Shown piece after piece: positions 37,966 through 47,743 of a stretch of DNA of 64,000 nt. Every line of letters begins with the position of its first letter. Positions within the stretch are counted from its first letter, which is position 1. The stretch is taken from assembly GCA_963802945.1 (NCBI GenBank), contig CAWDKY010000034.1, forward strand, positions 70,252 to 134,251, read 5' to 3'. This DNA is from an uncultured delta proteobacterium (GTDB lineage: Bacteria > Desulfobacterota > RBG-13-43-22). Both the position numbers and the translations under genes were made by a program. The notes beneath the pieces were generated by a model. That model ran no database searches. It worked only from the letters and a program-made list of their open reading frames with translations, and was not told the origin of the DNA.

Positions 37966-38213
37966 CATACGCCGTCCCTGTTGGCCCCAGATCCAACATG
38001 AAATTATGCGTTTTTAGGGACGCCCTTTAGATGTTTATATTTGAATAATCCTTCGGAAATATTCAGCTAAAAACCATTAGGCCAGTTCGCCAGCTTATGT
38101 TTGCCGATCGCATTCCCTCGATTCCCCCTGATAATATCCAGCGCTTCGGCAATCCATTTGCGGGTATCCGGTGGGTCAATCACCTCCAGAGAGGTTACCC
38201 CTGCCGCCTCCCA
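37966..38213 (-). repeat. Direct repeat of about 250 bp: diverged copy of the carboxyltransferase 3' end (48 codons plus stop, 38067-38213) and ~100 bp of downstream DNA
   Basis: Aligns to 40018-40264 and encodes WEAAGVTSLEVIDPPDTRKWIAEALDIIRGNRGNAIGKHKLANWPNGF*. Confidence 0.92.
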
Positions 38214-38349
38214 TAAAAGGGGACGGTGGTTCTAAAACAACTTATTCCTCTCCATTTGTCCTACTGGTTTTAATTTAACACGATCATTCTCATGCCTTTG
38301 ATCTTCTACCCCAAAACAGAACCTGTCTCTTTTTATATAAAAAGACTTC

Positions 38350-38805
38350 TCAGATTCTTTTATTGGCCGGCAATAAATCTGAATGGAACTTATTCAACCA
38401 GGCAAGGACTTCCATTTTGAATTCTTCTGCAAATTCGATTAACTCTTCCACGTCTTCTACTGTCACGCCACCGATATAATCGTATTCCAAGGTGTTTCTT
38501 CTGGACCGACAGGCGTCCAGATAGGCCGTATCTTTTTTTCGAGTTTCACCGAGAATCAGGGGCAGGGCTTGAATAGTACGATAATGGCCGAGGTTCTTTT
38601 CAGGTTTATAACCTTCAGCATAAAGCAAAATAGTACAAAGCTTCAGGGCGGCGTTGTAAGCGATTCCAAACCGGGAATCAGAAGAAATTCCTCCCCTGGC
38701 ATCCGACAGGTCACGATCAACAATATGGAGGAGATTGTTGATCTCTTTTGGACTGGTTTTATGGAGGCGCAACCACCCGTTTTCAGCCCATTGACTTAAG
38801 GTCAT
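38350..38805 (-). CDS. HEPN-like protein (putative toxin of an MNT-HEPN pair)
   Basis: All-helical; AYNAAL, H..TIQ, RSRRNTLEY; overlaps the upstream nucleotidyltransferase gene. Confidence 0.75.
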   Translation of the reverse strand: MTLSQWAENGWLRLHKTSPKEINNLLHIVDRDLSDARGGISSDSRFGIAYNAALKLCTILLYAEGYKPEKNLGHYRTIQALPLILGETRKKDTAYLDACRSRRNTLEYDYIGGVTVEDVEELIEFAEEFKMEVLAWLNKFHSDLLPANKRI

Positions 38806-39370
38806 CTTCGCTCCCCAAAATAAAAATTTTCGAAGATTCCATAACCTGGGTAATAAAATGATCTTTTGCGGATTTTCGCTTAAGGAATTCCTCCAAACTC
38901 AGCACATGAGGATTTATTTCTCGACCGATTTTTTCGGACAGGCCCAATAATATGTGGGTTATTTTTCTTAAAGAGGTTTTGCCGATGACCATCAGGTCAA
39001 CATCACTGATGGCTTTTTCACTATAGCTGGCTATGGATCCGAAGACAAAAGCGATTTTTATCTGTGGTTCTTTTTGTAAGAGCTCCTTGAAAAGTTCGCC
39101 CATTCCGTTAGTTTTTAAAACAAGAAGATGAATTTCCGGAAAGAGGGGATGCTCCTTTCTAGCTTGATAATAAACCCGGTTCCCATCCTTTCTTTTCATT
39201 ACCAAATCCAAAGAAAATAATTTTTTCAACTCCTGTTGGACGGTCCCCGTGGTAAATCCGGACCTCCGTTCAATCTCCCGCATATGCAGGGGGCCATCCA
39301 ATAATCCAAAAAGAATCCGAAATATCTCAGCCCGCACTTTGGAAGAAAGTATTTGAGCTAATGTGTTCAT
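38783..39370 (-). CDS. Winged-HTH + minimal nucleotidyltransferase (MNT) antitoxin-like protein
   Basis: N-terminal wHTH (HMREIER...VQQELKKL...GNRVYY); AFVFGSIA....SDVDLMVIG; IGREINP. Confidence 0.85.
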   Translation of the reverse strand: MNTLAQILSSKVRAEIFRILFGLLDGPLHMREIERRSGFTTGTVQQELKKLFSLDLVMKRKDGNRVYYQARKEHPLFPEIHLLVLKTNGMGELFKELLQKEPQIKIAFVFGSIASYSEKAISDVDLMVIGKTSLRKITHILLGLSEKIGREINPHVLSLEEFLKRKSAKDHFITQVMESSKIFILGSEDDLKSMG

Positions 39371-39528
39371 TGTGCTTGTTTATACCATACAATTGAGGGG
39401 GAATACCATACATTTTTTATTAGTATGGTTATTAAAACTCGGGGGAAATCATGCCTATTTATTAAATCAAAAAATCAAAGGAGAAAGATGTCTACTGAAT
39501 GTCAACCGTCTGCGTTGATGTTCAACAG

Positions 39529-39960
39529 TTAGTCGGACAATTTCACTTCATTTTCTTCACACCATTCCTTTAAGGCCTCCTGCTCGCGCCGGTTCTCAAA
39601 TTCGTACCAGGTTTCTAGAAGCCCCTTCGCTTCCAACAACTGTTTGAATTGTCTATAGGCCCCTGGTCTTCGAAACATATTCCTGACTTTTTCGTATTTT
39701 TCGGCCAAGTGGGTTTCCACAAATTCGAATACGAGGTCCCGGCCCAAGTCCAGATCGTTCTTATGGGGAATGCTCAGCCATTCGTCCCCCTCAAAGTCCT
39801 CATCGGCGGTTTCGTCAAAATCTCCCATCTCTGAATGGTAGAGGATCTGACCGGTGTCCTTGTTAAGATAAACGGAATTCATTCCATAGGAGGATGAACT
39901 TACAAAGAGAAAGGCGTCTTCAAGGTCGCTGAACTTAATCATTTTTCTCTCATTGTACAT
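39529..39960 (-). CDS. UPF0158-family protein
   Basis: YLNKDTGQI, IP, FV, FRRPGAYRQFK..L, WYEFE, EWCEEN pattern. The start may be 39942. Confidence 0.75.
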   Translation of the reverse strand: MYNERKMIKFSDLEDAFLFVSSSSYGMNSVYLNKDTGQILYHSEMGDFDETADEDFEGDEWLSIPHKNDLDLGRDLVFEFVETHLAEKYEKVRNMFRRPGAYRQFKQLLEAKGLLETWYEFENRREQEALKEWCEENEVKLSD

Positions 39961-40017
39961 GAGACAAGGGGAAGTTGTTCCCCGGATTCATTTTTTTTAT
40001 TTCCATTTCTTTAATAA

Positions 40018-40264
40018 ATATACCGTCCTTGTTAGCCCAGGATCCAACATGAAATTGTGCGTTTTTGGGAACGCCCTTTAGATGTTTATATTTGAATAAT
40101 CCTTTGGAAATATTCGGCTAAAAACCAGTAGGCCAGGTCGCCAGCTTATGTTGGCCGATCGCATTCCCTCGATTCCCCCTGATAATATCCAGCGCCGCTG
40201 CAATCCATTTTCGGGTATCCGGTGGGTCAATCACCTCCAGAGAGGTTATCCCGGCCGCCCCCCA
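40018..40264 (-). repeat. Direct repeat partner of 37966-38213 (the functional gene end)
   Basis: Visible high-identity alignment over about 250 bp. Confidence 0.92.
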
Positions 40265-41674
40265 GGGCGCACTATTGATCGCCCATTCCTCCATCAACCG
40301 TTTCTTCTCGCCTTCCGGGTCCTGGGCTTGAGACAACTTGCGCCCGTGAACCAACTCGATCCCGGTCGCCGGGTCCACAAAACTAATCGAGGCAATCGGC
40401 CAGGCGGCCTGCAGGTGTGATTGATCGGCTCCCATGCACCTCCACCCTATCCCATAGGCTTTCCGAAATAGAACAGAAACCTTCGGTACCGTCACCAACC
40501 CAAGCGTCTGCAGGAGAACCATGATCTTCGTCGGTATCTTTTGCTTTTCGGCATCCCTGCCCGGGAGCATTCCAGGAACGTCCTGGAGAAAAACAAGGGG
40601 GATGTTGAACGAATCACAGAGGCACAAAAAGTGAACTATTTTCTCCGTGGCGGATGCATCCGGGGCACCGGCATTGTATATCGGATTGTTACCGACGATT
40701 CCTACCACCTTGCCTCCAATCCTGGCCAGACAGGTGATCACGGCCCTGCCCCACTCCGCTTTGATCGGAAGGTACTCGCCGTTGTCCACCAAGACCTTAA
40801 CCACGCGGTACATGTCATATCCTCTATTAAACTGATCGGAGACGATCTTCCCTATCCGGTCCAACCTCCTGTCTACGGGGTCTTGGCTTGGGACATAGGG
40901 CGGTTCCTCGCCATGGTGCGAAGGCATATAGGATAAAAACTTCTTTATGATAGCCAGAGCCTCATCGTCATTATCGGCAAAGGCCCCGACCTGCCCGGTG
41001 TAATTGGCGTGGATCTCCCAACCGCACAGCTCTTGCGGCGTGATCTTTTCGCCAATCGATTCCTTAATAATCCTCGGCCCCGCTGCCCCCATCGCTGTCC
41101 CTTTGACCATGACCACAAAGTCTGACTGGCAGGCGTTCCAGCTCGGCTCACCAAAACACTCCCCCATGATGGCAGTAACCCGCGGCGTCTCACGGCTCAC
41201 CTGAAAGGTCTCATTGGGTATCCCTCCCCCCATACGCTTATCCCCCACCATACCTCTTGACCCCATCTGCTCCGGCAATCGGACACCACCCACTCCATCC
41301 ATCAATCTGACGATCGGGTATCCTCGCTCGGTCGCCATCTTCACCAACTCAGCTACTTTCTGATGGCCGACCCGACCCCCACTCCCCCCAAGGATCGTAT
41401 TGTCTTGAGCCTCAACCGCAACTCGGCGACCGTTAATAAGGCCCAGGCCGCATATCCTGCCATCGGCCGCGCTCACCGCCTCCATTCCTGGAACATTGGA
41501 GGTATTGAGTATCCCCGCCTCCCAGAAACTATCGGCATCCAGCAGCTTTTCTATTCTTTCCCGGGCAGTCAGCCGGCCTCGAGCATGTTGGGCTCGGATC
41601 TTCTCCTTACCGCCCATCTGTCTCGCTATTTCCCGGCGCGAGTAAAGTTCCCGCCTTCTATCTTCCATTCCCAC
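40118..41674 (-). CDS. Acyl-CoA carboxylase carboxyltransferase subunit
   Basis: GRLTARERIEKLLD, GGSGG, LCDSFNIPLVFLQDVPG, RKAYG. Confidence 0.92.
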   Translation of the reverse strand: MGMEDRRRELYSRREIARQMGGKEKIRAQHARGRLTARERIEKLLDADSFWEAGILNTSNVPGMEAVSAADGRICGLGLINGRRVAVEAQDNTILGGSGGRVGHQKVAELVKMATERGYPIVRLMDGVGGVRLPEQMGSRGMVGDKRMGGGIPNETFQVSRETPRVTAIMGECFGEPSWNACQSDFVVMVKGTAMGAAGPRIIKESIGEKITPQELCGWEIHANYTGQVGAFADNDDEALAIIKKFLSYMPSHHGEEPPYVPSQDPVDRRLDRIGKIVSDQFNRGYDMYRVVKVLVDNGEYLPIKAEWGRAVITCLARIGGKVVGIVGNNPIYNAGAPDASATEKIVHFLCLCDSFNIPLVFLQDVPGMLPGRDAEKQKIPTKIMVLLQTLGLVTVPKVSVLFRKAYGIGWRCMGADQSHLQAAWPIASISFVDPATGIELVHGRKLSQAQDPEGEKKRLMEEWAINSAPWGAAGITSLEVIDPPDTRKWIAAALDIIRGNRGNAIGQHKLATWPTGF

Positions 41675-41821
41675 AGCATCCTCCTTCCTTTTTAGAAGTG
41701 TTCCATTGAGTTCCTATTTCTTGTATGCTGATACATGGCCTTTCAACATAGGGTAATTCCTGATGCTGAGCGTCTTTAACTTCGCTTTTTCCCATAAGGC
41801 ATCGTCAGAGATAGTCTTTAT

Positions 41822-43033
41822 CTATGAGGATAGAACGGCCTCGGCGGTTATGGCCAGGCTGTCTCTTTGTTGAATCTGGTTGGAAACCTCCTTGGCCTTC
41901 AAGCGCATCTGTGTATCGGACAGGCATTCCAGCATGGCCGTCGACAGATTCTGGCTTGTTAATCTTGAACGTCTGATCGGTTTTGGACCTAAACGGGCTC
42001 GATAAATTTGATGCCCCCAATAATATTGATCCAGAACATGAGGAACAATGATCTGAGGCACGCCACTGACGGCGGCAGTGGCCGTAGTTCCGGCCCCGCC
42101 GTGATGGACAATCATACTCATATACGGGAAGAGATCTAAATGCGGATATCCTTTCAGAAACAAAACATCTTCGGTATCGGCGAAATCAATGGGTCCTTCC
42201 CAGAATTTGGCTATGATCACTCGTTGTCCTGCCGATCGTGCGGCCTCGATAAAAACGGGGATATTCCTGGCCTGATCCCGCCTGGGCATACTTCCGAATC
42301 CCGCATAAATCGGGGGTGGACCGGCCTCTAAAAACCTTTCCAAAGATGGGTTCGACACGCTTTTCTGATGAAGATGCATATAGCCGGTTTGGGCAGCCTG
42401 AATTTTAACATCCTCCGGTATTCCGGCAATTTCTTTATCGGAAGCCACAATAACCTGCCGTCCCAAAACATTCAGCCATGAGTCCTGTATGGGTTTTAAT
42501 CCGAGATTCTTCCGATGATTGTTTAACCCTTGCTTGAGGCCGAGCCGATCCATGATTTGTCTCAGTTTCCAGGTGTTCCGGTTAAACCAGTGAGGCCTTC
42601 CCTGGGTCTTGACTGCCGGAACCGGATGATGACCGGAGGGCAATAGTTGCGGACAAAAGGCAATATAACGGTATGGAATTCCCAGATGCTCGGCCACGGA
42701 AGATAAGGCAAAAACCAGTGAGGCGCCGACAACCAGATCCGCTCCAGAAATAATTTTCGGCAAAACCTCAAATTGAGCAACAACTTCTTTATAGATATGG
42801 GCCACAAAATGGAAGGCCGAACCTATTGTATAGGCTTGGGACATACCATCGATAAAGTCAGTCAAATTATCCCCCAACGGATGAAAAGGGCAGCCATATT
42901 CTCCGGCCCATCCGGCCTTTTCAGGCGGTCCGACCAAAAGGACATCGTTTCCTTTTCTTTGAAGGGCCAAGGAAAGGGCCAACATGGGTTGAACATCCCC
43001 GCGCGACCCAAAAGTAACCAGGACAATTTTCAT
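41822..43033 (-). CDS. GT1-family glycosyltransferase (sterol/macrolide glucosyltransferase-like)
   Basis: GSRGDVQP, GFGSM, HHGGAGTT, PHVLDQYYWG. Confidence 0.9.
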   Translation of the reverse strand: MKIVLVTFGSRGDVQPMLALSLALQRKGNDVLLVGPPEKAGWAGEYGCPFHPLGDNLTDFIDGMSQAYTIGSAFHFVAHIYKEVVAQFEVLPKIISGADLVVGASLVFALSSVAEHLGIPYRYIAFCPQLLPSGHHPVPAVKTQGRPHWFNRNTWKLRQIMDRLGLKQGLNNHRKNLGLKPIQDSWLNVLGRQVIVASDKEIAGIPEDVKIQAAQTGYMHLHQKSVSNPSLERFLEAGPPPIYAGFGSMPRRDQARNIPVFIEAARSAGQRVIIAKFWEGPIDFADTEDVLFLKGYPHLDLFPYMSMIVHHGGAGTTATAAVSGVPQIIVPHVLDQYYWGHQIYRARLGPKPIRRSRLTSQNLSTAMLECLSDTQMRLKAKEVSNQIQQRDSLAITAEAVLSS

Positions 43034-43128
43034 GGGGCAATAATTATGATCCTCTCAGAGTAGAGGTTTATTATAAAAAATCTCTTCTTGGTAAACTGAG
43101 ATTAATATGCTTTTTTTAATTCACCCGT

Positions 43129-44355
43129 CTAAGGGGTCCCTGCTCCGATTCCCATTTTCCTTGACGGAAGGACGACTATAGCCGTTCCATTCGGTATCAT
43201 GAATTGGCCGTCGTGATCCTCAACGGTAACCGTCAGTTCGACCAGGTGTTCCCCGGCCTGCACATATTTTTTGACTACTTTGCCCTTACACAGGGCCAGG
43301 GAATCCCGATACAACACGCCGCGAAGCTGGTCTCCCATCTTCTTGATGAACCCGTCGTCCCCCATCCAGTTCGAAATCATGCGCCCCAGCCAGGCCCGCA
43401 TTTGCATACCCAAAGCATTGGCCCGCGGCATGCCAAGCCGCTGAGCGGCGGCGTCGGTCAGATGCCAGTGCGTGAAATCGGGCAGGCCGCTCTCCGGATC
43501 GATCATGTTTTTCCAGGTGTTCCGGTTGTTCTCCATATGCGTTCGCCAGCTGACGCTTTTGCCCATGGCCGCGGAATAGGCGATCGCTTCCGCCTGGGTA
43601 AAAATATGATGCGTGGGCGGAAGCTCATCTCCTTCCTTGACATCTTCCCAGAAGAGCGGATTTCCGCCCCGGATTTTCTCTTTTTCCGCCCGCTTAAACC
43701 AGTCTTCCACTTCGCGTCTGGAAAAGCGGCGAAAGTGAGGCGGTTTCCCAACCTGCACCTGGCCCGGTGAAGGCTCCCTGAGCACTACGGCGATCCCGGC
43801 AATATCCACAATGGCTACGACTTCGTCTCTTTGATTTTTAAACACCCGGTTTCCATTGACTAAAAACTGTAAGGCCGTGTTCTCCCGGGTGATGTCCTTA
43901 ACCGAGGTAGGATACTCAAATACTGTAAAGCGGTCGTCCTCTCTTATGATCCTGAACCATTCGATGGAAACCCCCGCATCGACCCGGGCGACATGAAAAT
44001 CCAGATCCTCCGCCGCCTTGGCGATCCCGGAATAGGGAGCTATGGCGCCCAGGAATTGAGGCGGCGCGATGAGGGTGCCATAGAGAGTGTTTTTCAAATA
44101 ATCCCGGTTGCGGTACAGGGGATTGAAATCGCCTATGGCATCACAGAATTGTCGTATAGCATCTTCGGTGGCTACCCGGCGGGTCATTCTGTAAGCGCCC
44201 ATTTTGTAGCCGGTTTCCGGGTCGGGCCCGTCAACCGTTACCGGTCGCGGTTTTCCTATTTCCAGCTTGGCTTCAATTTCAGTAATAATACGTTCCCTTG
44301 TCTTTTTGTTCGCCTTGGCCTGCTTAATTTCTTTCTCTGTCAGATATCTCTTCAT
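43129..44355 (-). CDS. Double hot-dog MaoC-like (R)-enoyl-CoA hydratase/dehydratase
   Basis: AIRQFCDAIGDFNPLY...IAPPQF; WEDVKEGDELP; H....A...G...A...G..........NWMGDDG. Confidence 0.85.
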   Translation of the reverse strand: MKRYLTEKEIKQAKANKKTRERIITEIEAKLEIGKPRPVTVDGPDPETGYKMGAYRMTRRVATEDAIRQFCDAIGDFNPLYRNRDYLKNTLYGTLIAPPQFLGAIAPYSGIAKAAEDLDFHVARVDAGVSIEWFRIIREDDRFTVFEYPTSVKDITRENTALQFLVNGNRVFKNQRDEVVAIVDIAGIAVVLREPSPGQVQVGKPPHFRRFSRREVEDWFKRAEKEKIRGGNPLFWEDVKEGDELPPTHHIFTQAEAIAYSAAMGKSVSWRTHMENNRNTWKNMIDPESGLPDFTHWHLTDAAAQRLGMPRANALGMQMRAWLGRMISNWMGDDGFIKKMGDQLRGVLYRDSLALCKGKVVKKYVQAGEHLVELTVTVEDHDGQFMIPNGTAIVVLPSRKMGIGAGTP

Positions 44356-44687
44356 GAATTGGTCCTTTCGTTTCTTTTTGGGGACACCCTTTTAGATATA
44401 TGTATTTGAATGATCCTCTAATACCAAGCATGCTACTCGAGCAATTTAAGTGTAAATATATAAAGGGCATCACCACTTGTCCACTCTTTTCCTCAACCGC
44501 TTCAGTAAACCCTTGAGAAACTTTTCGCTTGACTCTTTTCTTTTCTCCATCTTACACTGCTTACCATTATATTTTTACATATTATTTTGATCCCATTTGA
44601 TGGGCTCAAGTTTTCTTGACGCCTGATTCTATTACCCAGTATCAAGTTACTGGAAAAAAAACCAAAGATGATTTCAAGGAGCGAAAG

Positions 44688-45488
44688 ATGTCTGAAAAAG
44701 TTTTGTTAATGGAGAGACAGGGCAAAGTGGCCATAGTGACCCTCAACAGGCCGGCCACTTTAAACGCCTTAAATACTGAAATCCAGGACGCCATCATAGC
44801 GGCCTGTCAAGAACTACGTAATGACGACAGCGTCTGGGCGGTTATTATGACCGGCGCTGGACGGGCTTTTTCGTCCGGAGCGGATGTGAGTGTGCTGCAT
44901 CAAGAGGGCGGTGAAGTGCCGCCAAGGCAGGAGCGGCTTGACGCCTATGGCTGGGTCGGGAGATTGTCGACGGCCATCTACAAGACCCTGGATAAACCGG
45001 TTATTGCCGCTATAAACGGAGTGACCGCCGGTGCCGGCATGTCGGTGGCCCTGGCTTGCGATATGCGCATCGGATCGGAAAAATCAAGGTTTAAGGTGGT
45101 TTTCCCGGAGCGGAGCCTGAGTCCCGATACCGGCATGTCTTATTATCTTCCCCGTATTGTGGGTTACAGCCGGGCCTGTGATTTGATCTTCACCAGCCGC
45201 TATGTTGAGGCTGAAGAAGCTTATCGTATCGGTCTACTCGACCGTCTGGTTTCATCCGAGAATCTGATGGATGAGGCCTTGAAGGTGGCTGATCAAATCG
45301 TTTCCTTACCGCCTATGGCTACACAAGCAGCCAGGCGGGTCCTTCAACAGGGCATGGAACTAGGCTTTGACCAACAATTAAGGAACGAATACTACCATCT
45401 CATTATTGCCCGCAGGGCTCCTCATGATATGAAGGAACAGCGGGATTCTTTTCTAGAAAAAAGGCCGCCTAAATTTACGGGAAAGTAA
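44688..45488 (+). CDS. Enoyl-CoA hydratase/isomerase family protein
   Basis: VTLNRP..LNAL, GRAFSSGAD, KPVIAAINGVTAGAG, LACDMR, PDTG, EKRPPKFTG. Confidence 0.92.
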   Translation: MSEKVLLMERQGKVAIVTLNRPATLNALNTEIQDAIIAACQELRNDDSVWAVIMTGAGRAFSSGADVSVLHQEGGEVPPRQERLDAYGWVGRLSTAIYKTLDKPVIAAINGVTAGAGMSVALACDMRIGSEKSRFKVVFPERSLSPDTGMSYYLPRIVGYSRACDLIFTSRYVEAEEAYRIGLLDRLVSSENLMDEALKVADQIVSLPPMATQAARRVLQQGMELGFDQQLRNEYYHLIIARRAPHDMKEQRDSFLEKRPPKFTGK

Positions 45489-45520
45489 GGAATTGGATGG
45501 AATTAAAGAATATAAACCCG

Positions 45521-45597
45521 GATTACGAATTGCGGGTTTAGAAACCGAAAACCTTACTCTAATAACTCGCAACTCGTAACCCGCAACCTGAAACTCG
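45521..45597. repeat. Heptamer-based inverted-repeat element, (TTGCGGG-like)...(AACTCGC-like)n
   Basis: gattacgaattgcgggtt ... aactcgcaactcgtaacccgcaacctgaaactcg. Confidence 0.7.
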
Positions 45598-45619
45598 GAT
45601 TATTCCAAAGGAGACAATA

Positions 45620-47554
45620 ATGACCGCCATGACCTACAAGAAAATATTTGAACCGTTTCAGATAGGGACAATGAAACTGAAAAATCGTATTGTCCTGCCT
45701 CCCATGGGGACCGGCTATTCTGAAGAGAGAAAAATCGGCTCCCGCATCATCGATTATTATGAAGCGCGGGCTCGGGGGGGAACAGGACTGATCATCACCG
45801 AAGGGATAGCCCCAGGGGTAAAAAGTCAAGGGCCTCATCAGCTTTCCTTGGGAGATGACCAGGACCTGCCGGGCTGGCGGAAATTGGTAGAAGCCGTTCA
45901 CCGACATGGGGCCAAGATAGCCGTGCAACTGCATCATACCGGTTATGAACACAGAGGCGGCGCTTTTGTCCAGGTGGCCCCTTCGGCCATCCGGGTCCCC
46001 GGCAGGGCCATCGGGGTGATGGGTCAGCTCCCCCATGAATTGACCGTCGATGAAATCGGAGAAATCATTCGCTGGCATGCCGAGGCGACCAGACGGGCCA
46101 AAGAAGTGGGAATCGATGCCGTTGAAATACACAGTGCACACCAGTACCTGATTGCCTCTTTCCTGTCTTTGGCCTCCAATAAACGTCAGGACCAATACGG
46201 AGGAAGCCTGGAGAACAAGGCCAGATTGCTGATCGAGATCATCGAAGCGATGAAAGCTGCCGTGGGGCCTGATTATCCTATATGGCCCAGGATCAATGTT
46301 TGCGAATATGGGATCGAGGAGGGCGTCACCATAGAAGAAAGCCGAAAAGTAGTGCCCTTGGCAGTTAAAGCCGGGGCGCAGGCCATTCATGCCTCGGCCT
46401 ATGCTGCTTTTTCTTTCATCACCAAAGCCCCTTTGCCGGACATACCGGCCTTTCTGGTGCCTTTGGCCGAAGAGGTCAAGAAGGTCACCGAGGTGCCGGT
46501 GATCGCCGTAGGCCGCCTTGATTTGGAAACGGGCGAAAAGGCCCTGCTGGAAGGCAAGGCTGATTTAATAGCTATAGGCAGACGCCTAACCGCCGATCCC
46601 GACTTGCCTAATAAAGTGGCGGAAGGCAGGCCGGAGGAAATTATACCCTGCATTGGATGTTATGAATGTATTGAACGCTTGGGGCGCAGGGATGAGGGCG
46701 TTAGCTGCACAATCAATCCGGCCACTGGACAAGAAGGTGTACGCCGGATCCAATCTGTAAAGAAGGTGAAAACAGTATGGGTTGTCGGCAGTGGGCCGGG
46801 AGGTCTGGAAGCCGCTCGGGTTGCGGCCATGAGAGGCCACCGGGTTACCCTGTTTGAGAAAGACGAAAAACTTGGCGGGCAATTAAATATCGCCTCCCTG
46901 CCGCCGAACAAAGGTGATTTAATTCCCTGGGTGACTTATTTGATAAACCAATTGAAAAAGACCGGCGTTGAAATCAAAATGAATACCGAGGTGACACCGG
47001 AATTTATTTTAAAGAATAAGCCAGATGCAGTGATCCTGGCCCTGGGCGGTATTCCCTTGAAACCCGATATTCCCGGTATAAACAGAACTAATGTGGTCAC
47101 GGCCCAGGATGTCCTGGGAGGTAAAAAACAGATGGGACAAAACGTGGTCATCATAGGCGGTGGGCTGGTCGGATGTGAGGCCGGCCACTATCTGGCTGAA
47201 AAAGGAAAAAAAGTAGTTATCGTTGAAATGTTGAAGAGGATAGCCGCCGAGATGGGTCCGATGGTCAGGCGTCGTCTCATGGACGGCCTCAAGCAGTATC
47301 AGGTGGCCATGCTGACCGAAGCGAAATGCGAGGAAATTTCAGGCAGCGGCCTAACCGTAACCACCCCGGATGGGGGGAAGAAAACTTTGCCGGCCGATAC
47401 CGTCATATTGGCCGCCGGATATGATAAAAACGACAACCTCATTAAGGCGCTCGAAGGCCGCGTGCCGGAGGTTCACTGCGTCGGCGACGCCTCTCAGCCC
47501 CAGGGAATCATGGAAGCCGTCCGCGACGGCTACTTGGCTGCCTTGGTGGTTTAA
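45620..47554 (+). CDS. Second OYE-family NADH:flavin oxidoreductase (FMN/4Fe-4S/FAD)
   Basis: NRIVLPPM, EIHSAHQYL, NKRQDQYGG, CIGCYEC...C, GSGPGG. Confidence 0.92.
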   Translation: MTAMTYKKIFEPFQIGTMKLKNRIVLPPMGTGYSEERKIGSRIIDYYEARARGGTGLIITEGIAPGVKSQGPHQLSLGDDQDLPGWRKLVEAVHRHGAKIAVQLHHTGYEHRGGAFVQVAPSAIRVPGRAIGVMGQLPHELTVDEIGEIIRWHAEATRRAKEVGIDAVEIHSAHQYLIASFLSLASNKRQDQYGGSLENKARLLIEIIEAMKAAVGPDYPIWPRINVCEYGIEEGVTIEESRKVVPLAVKAGAQAIHASAYAAFSFITKAPLPDIPAFLVPLAEEVKKVTEVPVIAVGRLDLETGEKALLEGKADLIAIGRRLTADPDLPNKVAEGRPEEIIPCIGCYECIERLGRRDEGVSCTINPATGQEGVRRIQSVKKVKTVWVVGSGPGGLEAARVAAMRGHRVTLFEKDEKLGGQLNIASLPPNKGDLIPWVTYLINQLKKTGVEIKMNTEVTPEFILKNKPDAVILALGGIPLKPDIPGINRTNVVTAQDVLGGKKQMGQNVVIIGGGLVGCEAGHYLAEKGKKVVIVEMLKRIAAEMGPMVRRRLMDGLKQYQVAMLTEAKCEEISGSGLTVTTPDGGKKTLPADTVILAAGYDKNDNLIKALEGRVPEVHCVGDASQPQGIMEAVRDGYLAALVV

Positions 47555-47680
47555 GACAAAAAACGATGGCGACAATTCCAGAATTCGAGGGGTCAATCCC
47601 GCCATTGGCGGGACTTTAATCCTTTGATTTATTTTTCATGCTTCGTAGGGCCTGTTACAAGAGGAGATGATGGTTTAGGT

Positions 47681-47726
47681 AAAAAAAAATCCTCTGCCCT
47701 TTCTTCTCCAGGAAGGACAGAGGATT
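47681..47726 (-). terminator. Rho-independent terminator after dnaK
   Basis: AATCCTCTG...CAGAGGATT stem next to an A9 tract (U-tract on the minus strand). Confidence 0.8.
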
Positions 47727-47743
47727 CAACTAGGCAAAAGGGT

